Assembly: GCF_964204865.1 (NCBI RefSeq)
Contig: NC_135253.1
Coordinates: forward strand, 17,794,001 to 17,858,000
DNA: 64,000 nucleotides
Direction: 5' to 3'
From: Styela clava
Lineage: Eukaryota
The translations under genes were made by a program, and so were the position numbers. This document shows positions 24,551 through 34,805 of the stretch, one piece after another (position 1 is the stretch's first letter; each line of letters begins with the position of its first letter). Under the pieces are notes generated by a model. That model made no database searches and had not been told where the DNA came from. It saw only the letters and a program-made list of their open reading frames with translations.

Positions 24551-25036
24551 ATAATAACCGATGATCTAGGAAGATTCCGGTCAAATAATGGTTTATTTTC
24601 ATTTTCACTCTTTTTCATGAAACAGTCAATATTGTGACGTCACAAAACACTTATGTTTTTATTTGCAACGCCAACTTGAAACAAAAAATATCAGCCTACC
24701 AGAACACTATGATTTTGAAGTTCAAATAAATATGTTGAACATTCTTCGTACAGAGTATGGTATTTCGCCGGAGTATGAGAAGTGCGAGGAGGCTCTGATA
24801 TTGATAATAATTAAAATGCACCCGATGAACTTATTAGACTCGACCATACTAACATATATACGCAAGGCGCTTAGAAATGCGACGGAAAGCGTATTCGTAA
24901 CGACTATCGCGATGTGTATTTCCAACAAAAACTACAAGGTCATGGAAGTGCTAAGTGCGTCCGTTGTATGAACAAAACTGTGACACTTCCAAAAATCACA
25001 TTTTAAATGGCATCGCTCTCACGTATATTCGTTCCT

Positions 25037-26583
25037 AGTCGCGATTTCTCCCGTTCTCTTTCCTGTGGCATTTCACAACACCACTCAGAGCAACATTCAG
25101 TTTATTTCATCAAGCGAAGTTCGTCAAATATTCATGGAAAGTTTTTTGCCGCTTTGTTTTCTTCTATGCATTTCTACCGTGATAATGTGTTTATTCTCTA
25201 GAAATAATCCTCCATCGCCACCAAGTTTATCGCGGGAAAACTATTTACAACTCGAAGAAAATACCAGAACACAAGAGCAAAATTTGATGGGGAATTTTAC
25301 GACTGCTTTGGAACCTTTAAAAAATTTGAATGTTGTATTGATTCTAATAGTTCGAAGTCTTGGATGTTCTATTTTCGCTTTATCTGTACCTTTGATTTCA
25401 TCTATGATGTTGGGAACATTTCTCAACATGTCTGATTCGTATCCAGGAGCTATACGAATAGTAGGAGCACTACTTTCAGCGATTGGATCTATCGTTGTCG
25501 GTTGGTTGTTGGATTATTCCAAATTTAAGAAAGAAATAACAGTAGTTTGTAAGTTGTCAAACAGAATTATTTTGATATTATTTTCAAATTAAAACATCCT
25601 ATGTGGAAACATTTCTGCGATGGATTGTTAACAAATTTTGGTACTCCTGAAGTATGCGCACCAAGATGTCGCATAACCTGAACCCTAACCTGGTACACAA
25701 CCTGAGTTCAGGTTGTGCGCCATCTTGGGGCGCATACTTCAGGAGGTCCCAAATTTGTTAACAATCCATCGCGGATATGTTGTTATAATATCTTTCAAAA
25801 ATATTTAATCCTGACAAACAGCGAAACCACGGTATCTGGTCTACTTTTTTCGGACAAGTTTGTCATATTTATTTACAGGCGTGATTTCGCTCTAAATCCG
25901 GCTTTACATAAGCCTGTGGGTGCAAATGCTCGAGGTTGCAAATGTACGTGGGTGCAAATAAACATTGGAGTAAACAAATGTCTGAGGGTGCAAATGCCGC
26001 GAGTGGAATTGTCGGTTGGTGAAAATGCCCATGGGTCCAATGAAAACTCACAAGTTCAAATATCTTGGGTGCAGTTTATGACTGAAAATGTACAGGTGCC
26101 AATCTACGTGGATACAAATGTGCTGTCCCTCTAATTTTTAACGCGTCGTAAAGCGCAATAATGAACATTGCCTTTCTCACTTAACTAATCTTTAATGCTC
26201 TCTACTTCGTTGCAGGTGTCACTGGGATGCTCATCTGTGCCGTGGGAGTGTTCATTGGACATCTTTTCGGCCTTGTTTACTTAGTAACTATTTCATATCC
26301 ATCGGCAAATATGTTTAATACGTTAGTTGGAGTATGCTGTACTGAACTTATTCTGGAAATAGGATATCCGAGCAATCCATTTATTATGATATCTTGGTTT
26401 CACATAACTACCGGAGTATTGGTTTTTAGGTATTCTGTTATAATAAGATCACTTATGAAGATAGTGAACGATGTGTCTGCAGCTGCCTTACCAGCAGTTG
26501 CAAGCTGTTTGGCGCTTGTTTTAGTTACAGCGTTGAGGTCGGATTATAGAAGAAGCAAAACTGAAGAACAAGGAGTAATATGA
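25037..26583 (+). pseudogene. 5'-truncated MFS copy (unit 5)
   Basis: Junction-truncated; the remaining exon 2 part and exon 3 are open. Confidence 0.8.
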
Positions 26584-27138
26584 GAAACTAAGACATAAAA
26601 TTATCTGAATTCATCTAAAAGTGACTGGTTGATTTCGTCTGATTTTGAATGCTGCAAAGGACTTTTGAGAACAGTTTTCCAGCAATATAGTATTAAAGCA
26701 AATGCGTATTGTATTTCAGTTACTATAACAATAGAACAATTAAATGAACATTATTAAATTGTGACTCCGACTTCTCAAGCTCGGGACATAACAAGATTTT
26801 TGAAAACTTTCGTGCACTCGCGACATTTTTCTAGTTTTGATCAAAATGTTAAGTTGACTGAACGGCGTTTAGTTTCTGTTGGTAATTGTAAAATCCCCAC
26901 TTTCAGAAGCCTCAAATGTCGAATATGAATGCATGAAATTTGACGGTCATTTCATTATCATTAGAAAACATGAAAAATTGCCTGACTTAAGTAATGACAA
27001 AACACATTTGCGGTTTGTGTACGTTTTTATTAAATAAAAGAAAAATAGAAGTATGATTTAATATTTCCACTCCCGGACCAAGTCTAGGAGTTGTGCCCTG
27101 ATCTATAGGTGCACAGGACAGCGAGGCGTGGTATTACA

Positions 27139-29555
27139 TTACCATTCCTCAAGACTCTCCAAGCTAACAATGGAGAGTTTGTCACCATTGATACTTCGTT
27201 TAACTTTTGGAGCGTCTGATTGCACTGGCGTTACCCATGTGTCTGTAGTAGGAACAGGTTCAGGGAAATCCAGTTCGGGAGCTCTAAAGGTGACGACGAT
27301 ATCCTTATGAAACTTCAGGAACTGGGGTGGCATCTTAGCAGGTGTAGGAGGTCGTGGCCTAGCCTCATCACGTAAGTTTATGCCGCCGTTTTCAAAGTAA
27401 TCTTTGAGAGACAAGCTTCTCGAAGATCGGCTGATTTTGGCCCTTCCTCTCCAAGTTTTAGGGCTGTTTTTAATTTCGTTTATGGTACTCATTACTGGTG
27501 GTGGATTGTCTATTGGAGTGAGCATTCTGCTTTCAAGTTGCACTCGTGACGTTGAAGGCAATTCAGGCATTTTACTAATTACATTATTGTTCTCCAAACT
27601 GGAAACATTGCTAAGGTTCATAGTCTCACTGCTGTTGTTTTTGACTCCATTTTCGAAAAACACCAAACTGATATTCGAATCCGTTGAACTTTCGTTTACT
27701 TTGAGGCAAATTGGTTGAACTCGATTTCTTCTATATGATTCACAGCATCCACGGAAAAGAGACGGAAGTCGGGCATTTCTACGCCAAATCACCCAAGATA
27801 TATGAAGTAGAAGTAGCACGAATGCAAAGGTTAATAGCAATAAACCATGAATAATTAGCCATGACTGAATGGCCTTATTGCATCCTCTGTCAAAAGTTTC
27901 ATTGAAATATTCTCCAAACGGGATTGGGGTATTTGCGACAGGACTTGTCGTAGTACCCAACATAGCAAATGTTGAAACGTCAGTAAAAAAGTTCTCAGAA
28001 GGTAAAGAACAATCTGATATATTGATGCAACAGGATTGCGGTGTCCAATCCCGGACGATACCCCTATCGTTGTCGATCTGGATCCAATCCTTGCGGGATT
28101 CACGTCCGCAGCATTGAAATGTACTCTGAAAATGACGGCAAATTAGCAAAGCATTGAAAACATATTTTGTATAAAATTGTGTATTCATCGATCCATGATA
28201 TTTATCGGAAATTTGTTATTATATATATAGGTATTTTCAATATTAAAAATCACATTCATCGACGGGAATACAGATTATGCATGCGGATATATAACCAGAT
28301 AATCGTGGGCGAGTGTTCAGAGACGGAATGTTCATGATGGCACTTTACCAACATTCTTTATATATATAACTTTCGCATTATATAAGATCTAACCTGATAA
28401 ACGTCCATAATATTTCGATCCGTTGTCTCAGTAACCCAGGGTATTGCCGACTCCATCAGAGACGACATGTGGCTTCTTATTGGCGAATCCACGAGGAATA
28501 ACAGTCCGCCTAAAGTAAGGCATAACACTATAACTATTCTCAAAACATAGATGAAACAAACTGATGCGTTCGGTTCTTTATCTGGAAAATCATCGATGAT
28601 GCTCCTTTGACGATGAACACAAATCGCCCCATACAGTCCGATGACCTGGTTTGTAAAACACGACCTTAGGTTATCAGTAATAAATACTCCAATAAACCAC
28701 AATATGAGTTACTGATATTTACCAAAATTATCTCCAAGATGACTGCGAAAGCAACAAGAAAATTCCACGAAACTCGGAGGCGCAGTTCTTACCACTTCAT
28801 GGCAGCTCCTGCCACGAACGAACCGCGGCAGCTCTTGCCATGGTTTTATAGCGCTATTCAGTATTCAGTAATCAGTATTAACGGTATATTCACAAATTAA
28901 TGTACCAGATTTTAATTGATCATGTGGAATTATATCTACTTAAACCCTAACCCCAAATCAATCAAAACTGTATCCATAAGAAAAACGTTCCAACTTACCC
29001 AATATTTGTCACCATAATAGACAGCCCTGTCTTTACGGCCCACCTGCCGCGGTTACGGCAGCAAAATTTTACCTGCCATTGGTTTTCAATTTGCTGCCGC
29101 GGTAACGGCAGCTCGACATTGGTTTGTGGCAGCTAAAAAGTCAGTTGCCATGAGTTTGGCCGTAGCGGCCATGGTATGGAAATACCGCCATGGTTTTGCG
29201 GCAGCTGCAGATGCCACAGAATACTTAAAACTGCACTTGGAAACTCGTACCCACGCTGGGAAGGTACACAAAGATATCAGCACGCTTGATTACTCCGGAG
29301 AATTCTCCGCGATCAAACACGCCATCCTCAGCAAGATGAGCGAGAATTGCCCAAACCAGCAAGATGAATCCAAACAGAATGCAGAGAAATAGGTTGAACA
29401 CATACCAGAGGAAAGAAATCTGCGATTGTAAACACATGTAATTTATGAATTCCAACTTGGGTTCTTCTTCATTTTATCAGGTATAAACTAACCTTCTCTG
29501 ATCTTGTTCTCGTTATTACAAAACGTCTAGAAGGCATATTGATCAAATGATCCAT
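27139..29555 (-). pseudogene. Tetraspanin copy 5, exon 2 interrupted by an insertion
   Basis: Exon 2 frame runs LPSVGTSF-QVQF* into the insertion at 28777-29239; the other exons are open. Confidence 0.75.
28777..29239. mobile_element. 463-bp non-autonomous DNA element (8-bp TSD, hAT-like) in tetraspanin copy 5
   Basis: GAAACTCG at 28769-28776 and 29240-29247; imperfect TIRs GAGGCGCAGTTCT / CAAGTGCAGTTTT; many internal TGCC/GGCA repeats; absent from units 1-4. Confidence 0.8.
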
Positions 29556-30374
29556 ATCATAACCGATAATCTAGGAAGATTCCGGTCAAATAATGGTTTA
29601 TTTTCATTTTCACTCTTTTTTATTTATGAAATAGTGAACATTGTGACGTCTCAAAACAATTATGTTTTATTTGCAAAGCCAACTTGAAACAAAAAATAAC
29701 TGCATACCAGAACACTATGAATTTGAAGTTTAAACAAATATGTTGAATATTCTTCGTACAGAGTATGGCATTTCGCCGGAGTATGAGAAGTGCGAAGAGG
29801 CTCTGATATTGGTAATAATTAAGATGCATCCGATGAACTTAATAGACTCGACCATACTAACATACGTAAGGCGCTTAGAAATGCGACGGAAAGCGCATTC
29901 GCAACGTCTATCGCGATGTGTATTTCTAACAAAAACTACAAGGGCATGGAAGTGCTGAGTGCGTCGGTTATATGAACAAAACTGTGACACATCCAATAAT
30001 CACCATTTAAATGAAATTCTTCGTGAGGGGAAACGGATTGGCACGTGGACAGCCAGTTTTTATCTTTAGGACAACGCTCTCACGTAGATTCGTTCTGAAT
30101 AAGATACTAACATACAAACTCAATGATAGTTAATAAGCATGTACGGGCAGTGTGTTCCGTTAGCTCGAGACTAGTTGAGATAGGCTTCAAATAGTTAGAC
30201 ATTAGCAGCCATTTTTCAGATTGTTTTATATTATGGCACACCAAAAAGGTCTAAGGTTAGACCTTAACAACTAACTTATCAGGGGAAGCTGACTGGCGAG
30301 TCGCAGGTTAATATACTAGAATCATCTTGACATCTATGGGAACGGATTTTCATATTATTTATCTCAAGGGAATG

Positions 30375-30520
30375 ACAAGATGGCGAACTATAGTCTCTTG
30401 CCAGTCCGTGCCATTCATCTCAGATGCATGGACTTGATAGTTGAGGCAGCCTACACCTACGAGCGGCTATGTGAACCTCCTACCATGGCGATAACTCTGA
30501 CATTCACTCGCGCATAATTA
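30375..30520 (-). mobile_element. Old degenerate SINE copy
   Basis: atggcgaac, gcatggacttg, agcggctatgtgaa and ctcgcgcataa align in order with 2574-2750. Confidence 0.6.
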
Positions 30521-30741
30521 ACAAGCACTTGGCAGCCATGCTTCAAAACTATTCTTATCGATAGTGCGCCTGAATACATGCATGTATTAATTGAACGATC
30601 ATTGACTAGAAAAAAAAATCACGAAAATTAACAAAAAATAGAGATTACTCTGTTATAAGTGCTTCAATTTAACAATATTTAACAGTGTTTTTTGAGGTAA
30701 AATTAACTCAAACATAAAAACGGATGGATTAATAAAACTGT

Positions 30742-33096
30742 TCATGGGAGTTCATATGGAGCTAACTCTCTGGTCATCTTCCCTCGCAGTTTCTCTTTTC
30801 TTTTCTCAGCAACCTCTTGCATGTGTATTTCCTCTTCTTTTTGTTTAACTTTGATTTCTCTCATTCTCACTTTTTCGTCTTCCTTATGTTCTTTTATGAG
30901 TTGTTTTCTCCATTGATCTTCTATCACTCGCTGAAGATTGAGGGCATTTCTTTTATGAAATTCAGTTGATATTTTATCTGTATTATTAGGTATTTCAAGA
31001 TGATCTTTCAAAGTTGTCCGGTTTGGTGGAGGCTTTTGTCTTGGCGATGTGACAGAATGCTTTGCCTGTTTACCTGGTGATGTTTCTTTCGTTCTTGGAC
31101 TGATTCGAGTGCTTTGGCGAGTATCGCTATGAAAAGCTTGGGAAGAAGGGTTAGCCAGTGAAGATGGGCTTCTTGGAATAGGAAGAGTTGGTAACAGGAA
31201 ATGATCTGTAAGTGAATGCGATATACGAGACCATATATTTAATGATGTGCTGCTTCTTATGGTTTTGGTAAAATCAGGATATTCAACTTGTCCTACACGT
31301 AAGGCTTCCAGAACACAATCTTCAGTCGCTGCAGAATCTTGTAAAGATACGATTAAGGACCAAGCAGCAGAGCGCATTCCTTCTTTTAGTTTATCTTCTC
31401 GAAGTGCATGTGTCAAATGCAGCAAACCAGAAAGTGCCCCGTAACGTACTTTCCAACTCCAGTCTGCTGGATTGGAGCCAGCACCCCTAGATGAAGTTTT
31501 GTCATAAGGATCGATGCGAGGATTACGATATTCAAGTAGATCAACTAGTCCGCAACTTTCAATACAAAAATTAGGAACGCCAGCTCGAAAAGTAGTTACA
31601 TCAGCATCCAGCCATTTACCGAGCATGGCTAATTTCTGTATTGGAGCTGTTGCCCCATGAAGACAAATATCTGTCAAAATTTGAGAATACTGATAGGCGA
31701 TTTCCCATCCCCAAGCGGATATTCCAGTTACTATTGACTCGCTCATTTCACTCCTGGGAGTGTTAGGATTTGAAATACCTGACCCTCGGGTGGGAGTCAA
31801 TCGCGATGTTCCTGGCAAGTTAGAACTTTGATTATAAGTATTAGTTTTCGAGCGATTCATTTCAGATTGAAAATTACTTTCGGCAGTTGTGTTTCTTTTT
31901 GTGCTACGTCCACGAGGCGTTTTGCCAAGAGATGAATCAAAATCAGCCATCATTCCCTGCATAATATTTTGAAAAGAGTCGGATTGAACATCTCGTGCTG
32001 ATTCCTCTAAATTATCTGTTGCATTGCCAGCTGTATATTTTTTTGGAGAAGCAGTTGACATCATGAATTCTGTTGTTCTCGGTGTTGCTATTTGGCTTAT
32101 AGGAACAGCGACTCCTCTTGCCAGATCTTGAAAACTCCTGCAAACAAATGAATTGGCTTTTGCAGAATCCCCTAATATTGACAAAGCAAAAAGTGAGTCT
32201 ACCCAATCTTCTTGACAAAAATCTTTCGCACAAATTAGAACATCAAGAATAGCTCTTTTCAAACCAATTTCTTTATCTTTGCATCGCCATACATGAAGCG
32301 CTTGATACACAATCGGTCTTATCAGAATCGTAGGCATCACATTAGGGTCGTCTTCATTTTGTTTTGTTTGAGATTCCGTTGTATGTGGGGCAGTAATAAT
32401 ACCTCCAACTCGAGATATGAATCGGATTGCGAGCCAAACTCCAGGGTAAGATTTATACAGCATTTCATGGTCTTGTATTCCTTCTAAATAGGTTGATAAA
32501 CGAGATTTAAATTCATCTAATTGGATGAGATTATTAACCAAGTGATGATAATATAATCTGACAAAAACTAAAAATCCCATTTTTAAAAGTCTGATTTCAG
32601 CTGTTCTTAGTTGAGTGCTGTTAATGGTATCAGTACGTAACCAGTATAAAGTACTTTCAGCAAGAAAAAACAAAGTTGGTATATTTTCTTCATGGACAGG
32701 TGCATGGTTCAGTGACTGGCACAATATTTCAAAACAGTCTTCTTGCAATTTTCCTTTACATTGTGCTAGAATTGCAAGTTCAGACCAAGCCATTGGTAAG
32801 TCAACATGATCTCCTTCTCCTTGAGTTAGAATTCCTGCTCTTCTCTTACTGTGAATGAGAATCCTTTCAGCTTCTGCTCTCAGTGGTTCTTGGCCCTCAA
32901 AAGTCGATGCATTATATCGCTGGACAAACTTTTCACAAACCTCTAAAGGGTTTGCACGAATGTGAGCTCCGGCAGCAGCTGCTGCTGCATTTTCTCGTGC
33001 ATAGTTTTGTCGTAATAATCGTTCCTGCAAAGCCAATCGTTGGCTGTGTGATATGATGCCAAATTTATGGACAATTGGAATTTTCAAGACTGGCAT
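30742..33096 (-). CDS. TMEM232: Transmembrane protein 232-like, single-exon CDS (784 aa)
   Basis: Uninterrupted ORF; LPMAWSELAILAQCKGKLQE, LFFLAES.LY and W.W...Y.Y..IL..ICL match recalled vertebrate TMEM232. Confidence 0.88.
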   Translation of the reverse strand: MPVLKIPIVHKFGIISHSQRLALQERLLRQNYARENAAAAAAGAHIRANPLEVCEKFVQRYNASTFEGQEPLRAEAERILIHSKRRAGILTQGEGDHVDLPMAWSELAILAQCKGKLQEDCFEILCQSLNHAPVHEENIPTLFFLAESTLYWLRTDTINSTQLRTAEIRLLKMGFLVFVRLYYHHLVNNLIQLDEFKSRLSTYLEGIQDHEMLYKSYPGVWLAIRFISRVGGIITAPHTTESQTKQNEDDPNVMPTILIRPIVYQALHVWRCKDKEIGLKRAILDVLICAKDFCQEDWVDSLFALSILGDSAKANSFVCRSFQDLARGVAVPISQIATPRTTEFMMSTASPKKYTAGNATDNLEESARDVQSDSFQNIMQGMMADFDSSLGKTPRGRSTKRNTTAESNFQSEMNRSKTNTYNQSSNLPGTSRLTPTRGSGISNPNTPRSEMSESIVTGISAWGWEIAYQYSQILTDICLHGATAPIQKLAMLGKWLDADVTTFRAGVPNFCIESCGLVDLLEYRNPRIDPYDKTSSRGAGSNPADWSWKVRYGALSGLLHLTHALREDKLKEGMRSAAWSLIVSLQDSAATEDCVLEALRVGQVEYPDFTKTIRSSTSLNIWSRISHSLTDHFLLPTLPIPRSPSSLANPSSQAFHSDTRQSTRISPRTKETSPGKQAKHSVTSPRQKPPPNRTTLKDHLEIPNNTDKISTEFHKRNALNLQRVIEDQWRKQLIKEHKEDEKVRMREIKVKQKEEEIHMQEVAEKRKEKLRGKMTRELAPYELP

Positions 33097-33680
33097 TATT
33101 GGTTGATTTGGGTTAGTATGGAAGACTTAAGGATACTTCACATTGTTATGACTATATTCAAATGGTAAAAATAAATTTCTAATTGATTAAAATTATCTGT
33201 TTTTAAAGTAAAAATTTAAAATGAATTTTTCCATTCACATGGATATTTGATAAATTATTTCTGGCCTATGTCAAACCATATCCTATGTTCGAGAACCACT
33301 GTCTGGTTCTAGTGTATTATATTTTACCTCAATATTCAAGTATCAAATGTTAGAATGACTGATAACTATCAATTAACAACGCCATGAAAGATGTTATAAT
33401 AAGACGTAGGTTTATTAATATAGCTATTTAGCTAAACAAAAACGCATATATATCCAAGATGCAACAAAACTACATAGCCTACTTTAAATTGATTGATTGA
33501 TTAAAATAATAAGAATACCTAAAGTTATCAACCTATCCAGATTATGTATAGCCTGAACAAGATCTTTGACGACTAGGCCACTGTTTGCCGGTATCTGACT
33601 ATATAAACTAATTGAAAAAAACAACCTATACTTAATTAGAATTAAACTTTTCAACGAAACGCTATCGAGGCGGAAAGTAT

Positions 33681-33701
33681 GTAAACAGACACCATGGTCA
33701 C
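33681..33701. promoter_or_regulatory. Adjacent forkhead site and imperfect RFX X-box upstream of TMEM232
   Basis: GTAAACA (33681-33687) abuts GACACCATGGTCAC (33688-33701), ~590 bp upstream of the TMEM232 ATG in the divergent TMEM232/WDR43 spacer. Confidence 0.45.
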
Positions 33702-34805
33702 GGATGAGACGCTTGAATGCATTTTAGCTCTTTGGTGACAGCATGTGTGTCGTTACAGCTCGACAACCTTCCCGCTAGTTGTCGCTCAAATGCCTTGCGC
33801 CACAGTGATGTGGATTAGGCACGTGCGAGTATTGTGCAAAGACCGGTTGGTGCTTGTTTCTTCATCGTTTTTCGGGGGTGGTATTTCACGAAATAGTGAC
33901 TGGTTTGCGTCGCATATGACTATTTTTTCTTAATAGTTATATCAATGAACTGGATAGGACGTTTTGCTAAATACTTTAGTTGACTTTGCATGGAATTCAA
34001 AGTACCATACACCAGAGTATCATAGCTTAAATTTAGCTGTAACAATACCCGTCCTGGATGACAGTTCGCATAGTCGCTGTAGTTTGGAGGGCCTTACTAC
34101 ATCACTGCGACGTCATAGTCACGTAATCTTTGAATGACGTAGTCAGGTGGGTGTTGGGTTTGAAATATGCAAAAATTGTTGTCACGACCACTAAAAGTAC
34201 TTTAGGTACGAAACTACACTCAGACACTAGATCTAAAACTGTAATACAATAGTGAAGTTTGTTATACTGCAGTACTGTCATAATTTTGAACCCAAACGTT
34301 TATAACTCGTTCGCAAATTTTTGTTTTTATTTGAAATTTGTAAGAATCATCTGGGATTTGGGCTGTTTTTGTATTTTAATTCGAAATATTTTTACTATTG
34401 TGATACTTCGCAATTCTGCAATTGGTGTCTCACAGTAATAAGCTAAATTTATAGCAAGAGCACAATACTGCGATAATTAAATTCTGAAATTATCTTTTTT
34501 TTCTAAATATTGAGAAGTTATTGCAGTACTGAGACAAATTTATCTTGTCTCTCTTAGTACACACAGAATTCAGGAATTAGGTCTTCCCATTTTGCACTTC
34601 AAAATTTTATTGCATATGCTATATATATATTTCTAAAAAGAATAATATAATATTCTGTATAATCAGTAGTAATATTTGCAAAGAAATAATTTACAATCGT
34701 AGTAAAGTACGGGACTGATTTGGTGATCAGCGGTCAGCGGTGATTTTCTGATTCAAACATTGAACTATTTTTAAAAACTAGTCGTGTTGAGATATATTTT
34801 GAAAA

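Larger units (their letters stand above)
5945..30095. repeat. Tandem segmental amplification, 5 units of ~4545 bp: 5945-10480, 10481-15947 (+922 bp insertion), 15948-20491, 20492-25036, 25037-30095 (+460 bp net insertion)
   Basis: The same ORF set recurs at offsets 5467, 4544, 4545 and 4545. The junction ATTCGTTC-CT-AGTCGCG recurs at 10481, 15948, 20492 and 25037, joining sequence matching ~30095 to sequence matching 5945. Confidence 0.97.

Noticed and set aside
5945-30095. Array as a pure assembly artefact
   Set aside because: Units carry private substitutions, stops and two different TSD-flanked insertions; the exact copy number still needs read support.
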